From contig NC_008578.1 in the NCBI RefSeq assembly GCF_000015025.1, forward strand, positions 1,200,001 to 1,232,000: a DNA stretch of 32,000 nt. The letters are read 5' to 3'. The notes beneath the pieces were generated by a model, which had not been told where the DNA came from, did no database searches, and was given only the letters and a program-made list of their open reading frames with translations. The translations under genes and the position numbers were made by a program. This stretch comes from Acidothermus cellulolyticus 11B (GTDB taxonomy: Bacteria; Actinomycetota; Actinomycetes; Acidothermales; Acidothermaceae). Below are positions 1-9,168 of this stretch, in pieces; the first letter of the stretch is position 1; each line of letters opens with the position of its first letter.

Positions 1-318
1 AAGATTCAAACCATTACGCCGCTCAGCTTCTTGTTGCAGCAGTCCATTCTCATTCTGGTCCTGGTGATATTCGGCGGCATGGGTTCCATCCCGGGAGCCA
101 TCGTCGGGGCGGCCATCATCCAATGGTTCCCCAACGGCCTCAAAACGTACGTGCGCAAAGAGGACCTCTTCCTTTACCTTGGCGCACTGCTTGTCGTCAT
201 GATGATTTACCGCCCGCAAGGCCTCATCCCGTCGCGTCGCCGGGCGCGCGAACTGGCGCTGGCCGAGAGCGGACTGGTGGAAGCCGACGCACTCACGACT
301 GCGAGCAGGGACGTCTGA
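1..318 (+). CDS. Branched-chain amino acid ABC transporter permease, C-terminal fragment (LivM/LivH family; 5' end lies outside the window)
   Basis: Frame 1 is open from nt 1 (KIQTITPLSF...) to TGA 316-318. The sequence is hydrophobic with a FGGMGSIPGAIVGA segment typical of Liv permeases. The stop overlaps the next start (TGATG, 316-320), and LivG/LivF-type ATPases follow. Confidence 0.75.
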   Translation, partial: KIQTITPLSFLLQQSILILVLVIFGGMGSIPGAIVGAAIIQWFPNGLKTYVRKEDLFLYLGALLVVMMIYRPQGLIPSRRRARELALAESGLVEADALTTASRDV

Positions 319-1151
319 TGGCAAGCGGCACCGGTGACGACCCGATCCTCGAGGTGGATCGGGTGACCCTGCGGTTCGGCGGGGTGACGAGCCTCGCCGA
401 GGTGTCCATTCGCCAACAGCGAGGCGAGTTGCTTGCCGTCATTGGTCCGAACGGCGCGGGAAAGACGTCCTTGTTCAACGCCATCACCGGTGTCTATCGG
501 CCGCAGGACGGTGACATCCGATTCCGGGCGCGGGACCAGCGGCCGGTCTCGCTCATCGGGAAGAAGGTGCATGAGGTCACCAAGCTGGGTATTGCCCGCA
601 CGTTTCAGAACATTCGGCTGTTCGCGGCCCTGACCGTCTTCGAGAACGTCAAGATTGGTATTGAATCGCGGCAGCGGACCGGCCCAGTCAGCGCGATGCT
701 CCGGTTGCCGCGGACACTGCGGGAAGAACGCGACGGCGACCGGCTTGCCACTGAACTCCTTGACTTTGTGGGATTGCGGAACCGCGCGAACGACCTTGCG
801 GCGTCACTGCCGTACGGTGCCCAGCGCCGGTTGGAAATCGCCCGGGCGCTCGGCACCCGCCCGCAGCTGCTGTTGCTCGACGAACCTGCCGCCGGCACAA
901 ATCCCGTTGAGAAGGCCGAATTGGAAGACCTCATCCGGCACATCAATACCGAGATGGGCCTGTCCATTCTGCTCATCGAGCACGACATGCGGCTGGTGAT
1001 GTCCCTCGCCGAGCGGGTCGTCGTCCTGAATTTCGGCCGCGTCATCGCGGAAGGCCCACCGGCTCAGGTGCAGGCCGATCCGGCGGTCATTGAAGCCTAT
1101 TTGGGCACCCGCGCGTACCGAGCCGCGACCGGAGAGGAGGCGTCGGGGTGA
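318..1151 (+). CDS. livG: Branched-chain amino acid ABC transporter ATP-binding protein (LivG-like)
   Basis: An internal ATG at 318 gives MASGTGDDPILEVDRVTLRFGG. Walker A is GPNGAGKTS, the ABC signature region is LPYGAQRRLEIARAL, and Walker B is LLLLDEPAAG. The upstream part of ORF 123..1151 overlaps the permease and is Arg/Pro-rich junk. Confidence 0.9.
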   Translation: MASGTGDDPILEVDRVTLRFGGVTSLAEVSIRQQRGELLAVIGPNGAGKTSLFNAITGVYRPQDGDIRFRARDQRPVSLIGKKVHEVTKLGIARTFQNIRLFAALTVFENVKIGIESRQRTGPVSAMLRLPRTLREERDGDRLATELLDFVGLRNRANDLAASLPYGAQRRLEIARALGTRPQLLLLDEPAAGTNPVEKAELEDLIRHINTEMGLSILLIEHDMRLVMSLAERVVVLNFGRVIAEGPPAQVQADPAVIEAYLGTRAYRAATGEEASG

Positions 1152-1861
1152 GCCTGCTGGAATTGCGCGACGTGCACGTACGGTATGGCGCCATCGCCGC
1201 TCTGCGCGGGGTCGACGTGACAGTTGAGAGCGGGGAGATCGTCACCCTGCTGGGTGCCAACGGTGCCGGTAAGACGACGACGCTGCGCACGATTTCCGGG
1301 CTCCTTCACCCACACACCGGCCAGATTTTCTTCGACGGACGACGGATCGACACCCTGCCCCCGCACGACATCGTGGGACTCGGGATCAGCCATGTGCCCG
1401 AGGGACGGCGGGTCTTTCCGCGGATGACCGTCACCGAGAATCTCGCGATGGGCGCCTACCGCCTGGGCCGTCCCAGAAAGTCGGACTTCGACCGCGTTTT
1501 CGCCCTCTTCCCGCGCCTCGCCGAGCGGCGTCATCAGGATGCGGGGACGCTGAGCGGGGGAGAGCAGCAGATGCTTGCCATCGGCCGCGGCCTGATGTCC
1601 CACCCCCAGTTGCTCTTGCTGGACGAGCCGTCGATGGGACTGGCTCCGCTCCTCGTCGAACAGATCTTCGACATCATCAAGGAGATCAACGAGCAGGGTA
1701 CGACGATTCTCGTCGTGGAACAGAACGCCGCCCAGGCGCTTGCCCTGGCGGATCGCGGCTACGTCCTGGAGACCGGCACGATCGTGCTCTCCGGACCGGC
1801 ACCGGAGCTGCGGATCGATCCGCGCGTGAAGGCCGCCTACCTCGGCGAGGGTGTCGCCTGA
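1148..1861 (+). CDS. livF: Branched-chain amino acid ABC transporter ATP-binding protein (LivF-like)
   Basis: The GTG start at 1148 overlaps the livG stop (GTGA). Walker A is GANGAGKTT, the signature is LSGGEQQMLAIGRGL, and Walker B is LLLLDEPSMGLAP. Confidence 0.9.
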   Translation: MSLLELRDVHVRYGAIAALRGVDVTVESGEIVTLLGANGAGKTTTLRTISGLLHPHTGQIFFDGRRIDTLPPHDIVGLGISHVPEGRRVFPRMTVTENLAMGAYRLGRPRKSDFDRVFALFPRLAERRHQDAGTLSGGEQQMLAIGRGLMSHPQLLLLDEPSMGLAPLLVEQIFDIIKEINEQGTTILVVEQNAAQALALADRGYVLETGTIVLSGPAPELRIDPRVKAAYLGEGVA

Positions 1862-1972
1862 CCGGTCTAGGCGGGCCGCCAAGCCGGTCTGGCCGACGCA
1901 ACCGCTCACCGGCCGGATCACGGCGAGGAGGCCCGCGCGGGTGAGCCAACCGGGTGAGCCCGGGCACCTTTG

Positions 1973-1989
1973 GCGCCGCTTCAGCGGGA
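1973..1989. repeat. Copy 1 of the 17-nt intergenic element GCGCCGCTTCAGCGGGA
   Basis: This 17-mer is identical to the two tandem copies at 26743-26759 and 26767-26783. It lies in the 487-bp non-coding gap after livF. Confidence 0.6.
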
Positions 1990-2348
1990 AGCGTTCTCTA
2001 CTCGGTGTCCGGGCTCTTGTCCGGCCACGGTAGTCCCTCCGCCGTGCCGTCGTAAAGGGCAATTCGGCCCATTTCCGCGTCGACACGGTTTGTCGACGAA
2101 CGTCCAATTTTCCTTTCGCGAGAACGGGGCATTTGCCATCCATCGCTCGAAAATTTGCCGCCACCCCTTTTCCGCTCCAGGGAACCCGACTATCATCCGC
2201 GACAGGTCCACCACGGACCACACCGATCGATGGCGGTCGCTGCCGCGAATCCCCCAGCGGTTTGTCGCCCGTCATCGGCCACGCGCTGCGCGGCGGGCAG
2301 TGCGGCAGTCGGGGCGGTGCCTGGCTAGCGACGAGAAGGAGCGGGCCC

Positions 2349-2975
2349 GTGAGCCGGTTACCCGTTCAGGTACGGCCGGCCGACTACGACGACGTCGTCG
2401 CCCTCGCCGACCTGTGGAGCGATCTCGAGGCCTCCGGTCGATTGAAGACGGGTCTGCCTGCGCTGGCCGACTGCGGACCGAAGGAACTCGTCGAGCGGCT
2501 GCTCACCCGGGACGACGGCCGCGTGCTCGTCGCCGCCCTGGACGATCGGATTCTCGGCGTTGCAGTCGTGAGCGTCGTCCGGTTTGTTCCGTTTCAGGAG
2601 CGGGCGTCGGTGCAGATCGACTACGTCTATGTGATGGAGCCCTATCGCCGGCGGGGAATCGGCCACGCACTGGTCGCCGCAGCCGCGGCCTACGCCGAAG
2701 ACGTTGGAGCGGCTCAGCTCACGGTGAACGTCTCGCCGCTGTCGCGGGAGGCGAATCGGTTCTTCGCGCAGCTGGGTCTGACGCCGTTTGCCTTGCGACG
2801 GGTGGCTCCCGTCACCGCGGTACGCCGCAGGATCGCGATCCTTGAGCACGCCTGCCTGCCGCGGGTGCCCGGGAACCGCCGGCTGGCGCCGCGATACAGC
2901 TTTGATCGGTTGAGTTCGATCGGGGTGCAGGCATTCCGGCCGACGTGGCGCAAGGCGCCTCGGTCGGCGCACTGA
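2349..2975 (+). CDS. GNAT-family N-acetyltransferase
   Basis: The GTG at 2349 is preceded by AAGGAG (2335-2340). The acetyl-CoA binding motif A lies in IDYVYVMEPYRRRGIGHALVAAAAAY. The start is chosen by RBS, and the long ORF extension from 2133 has no coding-like composition. The Arg-rich C-terminal tail is uncertain. Confidence 0.65.
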   Translation: MSRLPVQVRPADYDDVVALADLWSDLEASGRLKTGLPALADCGPKELVERLLTRDDGRVLVAALDDRILGVAVVSVVRFVPFQERASVQIDYVYVMEPYRRRGIGHALVAAAAAYAEDVGAAQLTVNVSPLSREANRFFAQLGLTPFALRRVAPVTAVRRRIAILEHACLPRVPGNRRLAPRYSFDRLSSIGVQAFRPTWRKAPRSAH

Positions 2976-3092
2976 GCCGACCGCTCGCTCTCCGCCGCGA
3001 AGCAACGCCGAGTGTGGCGGCGACGCGTGTGCCGTTCCGCCGTCGGCCGCGTGATCAACGGCGGCTCGGGGACGCCCGACTAGGATTTCCGC

Positions 3093-5825
3093 GTGACACC
3101 GTCCCGGTTGCCGGCTGGGCGTGCCAATGCGCGCGCGGCGACTCCCGCACCCCGGCCGCGCCTGCTCCTGCTCGACGGGCACTCCCTGGCGTATCGGGCG
3201 TTTTACGCCCTCCCGGTGGAGAATTTCGCCACCACCACGGGTCAGCCCACCAACGCGGTGTACGGCTTCACCGCGATGCTCATCAACGTGCTCCGGGACG
3301 AACAGCCCACCCATGTCGGCGTCGCCTTCGACGTGTCGCGGGAGACGTTCCGCAGCGCCGCGTACACGGAGTACAAGGCGACCCGGCTGGCCACCCCGGA
3401 CGCGTTCAAGGGTCAGGTGGAGCTCATCCAGGACGTGCTGCGGGCGCTGCGGATTCCCGTCGTGACCGCCGAGGGATACGAAGCGGACGACGTCATCGCC
3501 ACCCTCGCCGACCAGGCGGCCGCGGCTGGTTTCGACGTGCTCATCTGTACCGGGGACCGCGACACGTTCCAGTTGGTGAGCGACCGGGTCACGGTGCTCT
3601 ATCCCCGAAAGGGGGTCTCTGATCTTGCGCGGATGACTCCGGCGGCGGTCGAGGAGCGGTACGGCCTGCGTCCGGAGCAGTATCCCGATTTCGCCGCGCT
3701 GCGGGGTGACCCGAGTGACAACCTCCCGGGCATTCCGGGCATCGGCGAGAAGACGGCGGCGAAATTGATCCGCGACTTCGGCTCACTGCAGGAGTTGGTC
3801 GCCCGGATCGACGAGGTGCCCGGCAAGACCGGTGCCGTTCTGCGGGACCATCTCGCGACCGTGCTGCGCAATCGCCAACTCACCGAGCTGGTGCGCAACG
3901 TGCCGCTCGCCGTCCGTCTCGACGATCTCCGCCTCCAGGCGTGGGACCGCGACGCCGTGCACCAGGTCTTCGATGCGTTGGAATTCCGCGTCCTGCGGGA
4001 GCGCCTGTACGCCACCCTGACGCCGCCCACGCCTGAAGCCGAGGCAGGTTTTGCCGTCACCACAAAGGTTCTTCACCCGGGCGGGGTGGCCGAATGGCTC
4101 GCCGCCCACGTGGCCGGCGACCGACGGGCAGGGGTCTGGGTGCAAGGGCAGTGGGGTCGCGGGACGGGCGTCGTCACCGGGCTCGCGATCGCAGCGTGGG
4201 ACGGCGCGGCGGCGTGGCTCGATCCGGTGCAGCTCACCGAGGATGACGATCGTGCCCTCGCAGCGTGGCTGGCGGACGCTGCGCGACCGAAGGTCCTCCA
4301 TGACGCGAAGGGGCCGATCCTCGCGCTCGCGGCACGCGGGTGGACGCTCCGCGGGCTGGCCAGTGACACCGCACTGGCGGCGTACCTTGTCCTCCCTGGT
4401 CAGCGGAGCTTCGACCTTGCCGATCTCGCGGTGCGCTATCTGCGGCGCGAGCTGCGCGCCGAGGCGGGCTCGGCCGGCGACGGTCAGCTCAGCTTCGAGA
4501 TGGCGGGAGACGAGGCGACGGCGGCCGCGGCCGGGGTGCACGCCCGGGCTGTTCTGGACCTCGCGGAGGTCCTTGACGCCGAGGTGGCCGCCCGCGGTGG
4601 GGCGCGGCTCCTCCGCGACGTCGAGTTGCCGCTCATTGATGTGCTCGCGGCGATGGAGCGCGCCGGCATCGCGGTCGACGTCGACACTCTCGTAGATCTG
4701 TCTGCGGAGCTTGCCGCGCACGTCAAGGCCACCGAGCAAGCGGCGTACCAGGTCGTCGGACGGGAATTCAACCTCGGTTCCCCAAAGCAGCTCCAGCAGA
4801 TTCTCTTTGAGGAACTGCGGCTGCCCAAGACGAAACGCATCAAGACGGGGTACACAACGGACGCCGAGGCGTTGCAGAACCTGCTGGCGCAGACGGGTCA
4901 CCCGCTCCTCGAGCACCTGCTGCGGCATCGGGACGTCTCCCGGTTGAAGGCGACCGTCGATTCCCTCATCCCGATGGTGGATGCGGAGGGCCGCATCCAC
5001 ACGACGTTCAACCAGATGGTGGCGGCGACCGGCCGGCTCTCCTCCCAGGACCCGAATTTGCAGAACATTCCAATCCGGACGGCGGAAGGACGCCGGATTC
5101 GGCAGGCGTTCGTGGTCGGCAAGGGGTATGAAGCCCTGCTCACCGCGGATTACAGTCAGATCGAGATGCGCATCATGGCGCATTTGTCGCAGGATCAGGC
5201 GCTCATCGAGGCGTTCCGGTCTGGCTTCGACTTTCACGCGGCTACTGCTGCCAGCGTGTTCGGCGTCCGGCCCGAGCAGGTGGACGCCGAGATGCGGCGC
5301 CGTGTCAAGGCGATGAATTACGGGCTGGCGTATGGGCTTTCGGCATACGGCCTCTCCCAGCAGTTGGGCATCACACCGGACGAAGCGCGGGTGCTCATGG
5401 AGGAGTACTTCCGGCGGTTCGGCGGGGTGCGGGATTATCTGCGCACTGTGGTCGAACGGGCACGCCGTGACGGGTACACCGAGACGCTCCTCGGCCGGCG
5501 TCGCTATTTGCCGGATTTGACGAGCGACAACCGGCAACGCCGCGAAATGGCCGAGCGGATGGCGTTGAATGCGCCGATCCAGGGCAGCGCCGCTGACATC
5601 ATCAAGGTGGCGATGCTGGGCGTCGACCGGGCGCTGCGCGCGGCCGGTGCGAAGTCGCGGTTGCTCCTCCAGGTGCACGACGAATTGGTTCTGGAAGTCG
5701 CCCCCGGCGAGCGGGCCGATGTCGAGGAGATCGTCCGCCGGGAGATGGGGCACGCCTACGAGCTGTCCGTCCCGTTGGAGGTGTCTGTCGGGGTGGGGAG
5801 AACCTGGGACGAGGCGGCCCACTAG
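3093..5825 (+). CDS. polA: DNA polymerase I
   Basis: The protein is 910 aa. The 5'-nuclease N-terminus reads LLLLDGHSLAYRAFYAL. The polymerase motifs are A (DYSQIEMRIMAH), B (RRVKAMNYGLAYG) and C (LQVHDELVLE). Confidence 0.97.
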   Translation: MTPSRLPAGRANARAATPAPRPRLLLLDGHSLAYRAFYALPVENFATTTGQPTNAVYGFTAMLINVLRDEQPTHVGVAFDVSRETFRSAAYTEYKATRLATPDAFKGQVELIQDVLRALRIPVVTAEGYEADDVIATLADQAAAAGFDVLICTGDRDTFQLVSDRVTVLYPRKGVSDLARMTPAAVEERYGLRPEQYPDFAALRGDPSDNLPGIPGIGEKTAAKLIRDFGSLQELVARIDEVPGKTGAVLRDHLATVLRNRQLTELVRNVPLAVRLDDLRLQAWDRDAVHQVFDALEFRVLRERLYATLTPPTPEAEAGFAVTTKVLHPGGVAEWLAAHVAGDRRAGVWVQGQWGRGTGVVTGLAIAAWDGAAAWLDPVQLTEDDDRALAAWLADAARPKVLHDAKGPILALAARGWTLRGLASDTALAAYLVLPGQRSFDLADLAVRYLRRELRAEAGSAGDGQLSFEMAGDEATAAAAGVHARAVLDLAEVLDAEVAARGGARLLRDVELPLIDVLAAMERAGIAVDVDTLVDLSAELAAHVKATEQAAYQVVGREFNLGSPKQLQQILFEELRLPKTKRIKTGYTTDAEALQNLLAQTGHPLLEHLLRHRDVSRLKATVDSLIPMVDAEGRIHTTFNQMVAATGRLSSQDPNLQNIPIRTAEGRRIRQAFVVGKGYEALLTADYSQIEMRIMAHLSQDQALIEAFRSGFDFHAATAASVFGVRPEQVDAEMRRRVKAMNYGLAYGLSAYGLSQQLGITPDEARVLMEEYFRRFGGVRDYLRTVVERARRDGYTETLLGRRRYLPDLTSDNRQRREMAERMALNAPIQGSAADIIKVAMLGVDRALRAAGAKSRLLLQVHDELVLEVAPGERADVEEIVRREMGHAYELSVPLEVSVGVGRTWDEAAH

Positions 5826-6003
5826 GCGGTATCGCGTCGTCCGCGGTCGTGGTCCTGCCACCGGGCCGCGCGATGCTTGGGATCATGCTCTTCACTGGGG
5901 CTGCGGTGATCGCGGGATCGACATGGGCGGCGGTCCGGGCTGCCCGGCTCGAGCCCGCGCAGGCGCTCCGGGACGTCGTGTGAGCCGCCGCCCGTGGCCG
6001 TTG

Positions 6004-6032
6004 TTGACCACGATCGCGACGTCACGTATTGT
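6004..6032 (+). promoter_or_regulatory. Putative sigma-A type promoter for rpsA (TTGACC-17 nt-TATTGT)
   Basis: The -35 TTGACC is at 6004-6009 and the -10 TATTGT at 6027-6032, with an exact 17-nt spacer. This implies a leader of about 90-150 nt upstream of the rpsA start candidates. Confidence 0.4.
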
Positions 6033-6181
6033 GGCGTCTGCGTTCGGAGTGCGGTCTGCCCGTGCTCCGGCTGTGCTGATTACCTGTGCAGCCCCACCGT
6101 CCGCCATCGAACGCACCCACCCCTATGACCGAAGAAGGCATCACGAACACCAGACCAGATTCCCCGGAGACCAACGACCAC

Positions 6182-7729
6182 ATGACGACCGCTACTGATG
6201 TACGCCCCGAAACCCCCGAGCCGCCCGCGTCCTCACGCATCGCCGTCAACGATGTCGGCTCGACCGACGATTTCATCGCTGCGATCGACAAGACGATCAA
6301 ATACTTCAACGACGGGGACATCGTGGAGGGGACCGTCGTCAAGGTTGATCGCGACGAGGTCCTCCTCGACATCGGCTACAAGACCGAGGGCGTGATCCCG
6401 TCGCGCGAGCTCTCGATCAAACATGACGTCGATCCGCACGAGGTAGTCAAGGTCGGGGACCGGATCGAGGCCCTTGTCCTGCAGAAGGAGGACAAGGACG
6501 GCCGTTTGATCCTCTCGAAGAAGCGGGCGCAGTACGAGCGGGCCTGGGGGACCATCGAACAGATCAAGGAAGCGGACGGCGTCGTCACCGGCACGGTTAT
6601 CGAGGTCGTCAAGGGTGGGCTCATCCTCGACATCGGGCTGCGCGGGTTCCTGCCGGCGTCACTCGTCGAGATGCGGCGAGTTCGCGATCTCGCTCCGTAC
6701 GTGGGTCGGAAGCTAGAAGCGAAGATCATCGAGCTGGACAAGAACCGAAACAACGTCGTCCTGTCTCGGCGGGCTTACCTCGAGCAGACCCAGTCGGAGG
6801 TACGCCAGACCTTCCTCACCACGCTGAAGAAGGGGCAGATCCGCAACGGCGTGGTCAGTTCGATCGTGAATTTCGGTGCGTTCGTCGACTTGGGCGGGGT
6901 GGACGGGCTGGTCCACGTCTCCGAGCTCTCCTGGAAGCACATCGACCACCCCAGTGAGGTCGTCGAGGTCGGAATGCCGGTCACCGTTGAGGTCTTGGAC
7001 GTCGACCTCGACCGGGAACGGGTTTCGCTCTCCCTCAAGTCGACGCAGGAAGATCCGTGGCAGCTGTTCGCCCGCACCCACAGTCTCGGCCAGGTGGTTC
7101 CGGGGAAGGTGACCAAGCTGGTACCGTTCGGCGCCTTTGTTCGGGTGGAAGACGGCATCGAGGGATTGGTGCACATTTCCGAACTCTCCGACCGGCATGT
7201 CGAAATTCCCGAGCAGGTCGTCCAGGTCGGTGACGAGATCTTCGTAAAGATCATCGATATTGACCTTGAGCGCCGCCGGATCAGTCTGTCACTGAAGCAG
7301 GCGCTGGAAGGCGTGGAATCGACCAGCCCCGAGCAATTCGACCCCACCGTTTACGGCATGCCAGCCAGTTACGACGAGCACGGCAATTACATCTATCCAG
7401 AGGGCTTTGACCCGGAGACCAACCAATGGCTTCCCGGCCACGAGGCGCAGCAGGCCGAGTGGGAACGCCAGTACGCCGAGGCGCGCGCCCGGTTCGAGGC
7501 GCACCGCGCCCAGGTTGCCAAGATGCGCCAGGCGCAGGCACAGGCGGAGGCGGAGCAGGCGACGACATCGTCTGACGGAGGTGCGGCCGAGACGCCGGCT
7601 GAGCCGAGCGGCAGTCTCGCCGGTGACGAGCAGCTCGCCGAGCTGCGACGCAAGCTTGCCGAGGATGCGGTCGAGCAGCCCGCCGCCGCGGATGCGAACC
7701 CGGACGAAGAGTCGAAGGATCCCGCCTGA
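6182..7729 (+). CDS. rpsA: 30S ribosomal protein S1
   Basis: The sequence is near-collinear with mycobacterial RpsA as I recall it (AVNDVGSTDDFIAAIDKTIKYFNDGDIVEGTVVKVDRDEVLLDIGYKTEG..., four S1 domains and an acidic/Ala-rich tail). I preferred the ATG at 6182 because of the GGAGA at 6166-6170. The ATG at 6125 is an alternative, and the ORF-track start at 6086 is unlikely. Confidence 0.93.
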   Translation: MTTATDVRPETPEPPASSRIAVNDVGSTDDFIAAIDKTIKYFNDGDIVEGTVVKVDRDEVLLDIGYKTEGVIPSRELSIKHDVDPHEVVKVGDRIEALVLQKEDKDGRLILSKKRAQYERAWGTIEQIKEADGVVTGTVIEVVKGGLILDIGLRGFLPASLVEMRRVRDLAPYVGRKLEAKIIELDKNRNNVVLSRRAYLEQTQSEVRQTFLTTLKKGQIRNGVVSSIVNFGAFVDLGGVDGLVHVSELSWKHIDHPSEVVEVGMPVTVEVLDVDLDRERVSLSLKSTQEDPWQLFARTHSLGQVVPGKVTKLVPFGAFVRVEDGIEGLVHISELSDRHVEIPEQVVQVGDEIFVKIIDIDLERRRISLSLKQALEGVESTSPEQFDPTVYGMPASYDEHGNYIYPEGFDPETNQWLPGHEAQQAEWERQYAEARARFEAHRAQVAKMRQAQAQAEAEQATTSSDGGAAETPAEPSGSLAGDEQLAELRRKLAEDAVEQPAAADANPDEESKDPA

Positions 7730-7730
7730 C

Positions 7731-8417
7731 GTGCACGCGGCCGCTCTCCGGTTCCTCGGGGCGCTGGCCGCCGTGACTGTGCTGACGGGTTGTACGCGTA
7801 GCTCCGGCAACCGCGTCGTTTCGATGTCACCAACGGTGCCGACGTCCGCGTCCGTCGTGTCGGCGACGGCGACGCCGAGCCCATCAGCCAGCGCGTCACC
7901 GCTGCTGCCAGGCAATTGCGCGGAGCTTGCGCCACTGCAGCGGGTCGAAGAAGCGCTCGGCGTCAACCTACTGGGCGACGTCACGTACCTGCGCGCCGCG
8001 CCGGTGCCACAGTCCGGACGGACCGGCCGAGTCACCTGCGGGTACGGCACTCCGGTGACCACGCCGTCCGGTGGGACGCCGACCCCGAGTGGGCGGCCGT
8101 TGGTCGAGCTTTCCTACATCACGTACGTCGACGCGAAAACCGCGGCGGATCGCGTGACTCTCACCGTGCATACCGATAGTCAGCACGCGACGACGACCCA
8201 GGTGCAGGTGGACGGCAAACCCGCGTGGGTCCTCGTCGGCTCCGACTGGGACGAGCTGGTGATGGCCGACGGTGCCCGCACGATTGTCGCGGAAGTCTCA
8301 CCCCGGATTCTTGCCCCGGAGAAGGCGCCGGCGGTGCTAACCCGGCTGGCCGCGCAGATGCTCGCCTTCGGTGCATCGATGTCGCCCGGCGCGTCGGGTG
8401 CTGCGTCCAGTGGTTAG
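7731..8417 (+). CDS. Putative lipoprotein of unknown function
   Basis: The GTG at 7731 lies 1 nt after the rpsA stop and is preceded by GAAGGA. The N-terminus VHAAALRFLGALAAVTVLTGC carries a lipobox (L-T-G-C). A Ser/Thr/Pro/Ala linker follows, then a globular part. Confidence 0.65.
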   Translation: MHAAALRFLGALAAVTVLTGCTRSSGNRVVSMSPTVPTSASVVSATATPSPSASASPLLPGNCAELAPLQRVEEALGVNLLGDVTYLRAAPVPQSGRTGRVTCGYGTPVTTPSGGTPTPSGRPLVELSYITYVDAKTAADRVTLTVHTDSQHATTTQVQVDGKPAWVLVGSDWDELVMADGARTIVAEVSPRILAPEKAPAVLTRLAAQMLAFGASMSPGASGAASSG

Positions 8418-8442
8418 TCAGACCGACCGTTCGCCCAATCCG

Positions 8443-9084
8443 ATGGTCGAGGGCCGGCCGCTGCTCGTCGGCCTGACCGGCGGCATCGGCGCCGGCAAGA
8501 GCGCGGCGCTCGCGATGTTCGCCGAACTTGGCGCTGTCACGATTGACTCCGATGAGGTCGCACGACAGGTGACGGCGCGCGGTACGGCGGGATTCGCTGC
8601 TGTGCTAAAGGAATTTGGGCCGGAGTACCTCGACCCGACCGGAGAGATTGATCGACGCCGATTGGCTGGGCTCGTCTTCTCCGACCCAGCGGCGCGTCGC
8701 CGGCTGGAAGCCATCGTGCACCCGCTGGTCCGTGCCGACATTCGCCGGCAGATAGCGGCCCTGCCGCCTTCGGCAATTGTCGTCAATGCCGTGCCGCTCC
8801 TCGTTGAGGCAGGCCTGGTCCATGACTATGACCGGATCGTCGTCGTCGAGAGCCCACCGCACCTTCGGCTGCAGCGTCTGGAAGCGCGCGGGCTCAGCCG
8901 GGCCGAGGCCCTCGCCCGGATGGCCGCGCAGGCTGACGACGCGGCCCGCCGGGCAGTCGCCTGGCGGGTCGTCGTCAACGACGGATCGCTGGATACACTG
9001 CGGCAACGGGTTCGCAGCGTCTGGCTCGAATTGCGCAATCAGGCTCAAGGCGGCGGTGCTGAGACACCGGATTTCTCGGCATAG
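8443..9084 (+). CDS. coaE: Dephospho-CoA kinase (single-domain form)
   Basis: An internal ATG at 8443 gives MVEGRPLLVGLTGGIGAGKS (P-loop), the typical CoaE N-terminus. The position after rpsA matches other actinobacteria. Confidence 0.88.
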   Translation: MVEGRPLLVGLTGGIGAGKSAALAMFAELGAVTIDSDEVARQVTARGTAGFAAVLKEFGPEYLDPTGEIDRRRLAGLVFSDPAARRRLEAIVHPLVRADIRRQIAALPPSAIVVNAVPLLVEAGLVHDYDRIVVVESPPHLRLQRLEARGLSRAEALARMAAQADDAARRAVAWRVVVNDGSLDTLRQRVRSVWLELRNQAQGGGAETPDFSA

Positions 9085-9168
9085 CCGGGTGGATTGTGCC
9101 GGGTGCGACGCGCGCGTACGGCACCTGTGAACGTCGGCCGTGTGCCGTGCTGATGGCGCGCGGGCTCA

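Noticed and set aside
1097-2275. 392-aa ORF on the minus strand
   Set aside because: It runs antisense across the well-supported livF gene. Its Arg/Pro/Gly-rich composition is typical of shadow ORFs in high-GC DNA, and I recognise no motifs.
3783-5861. 692-aa ORF on the minus strand
   Set aside because: It is entirely antisense to polA, which has unambiguous polymerase motifs. It is a high-GC shadow frame.
9110-9131. Possible island boundary direct repeat (GCGTACGG...GAAC at 9112-9131 versus 24608-24622)
   Set aside because: Only an 8-mer plus a few scattered bases match, which is compatible with chance in GC-rich DNA. No integrase or tRNA supports an att site.
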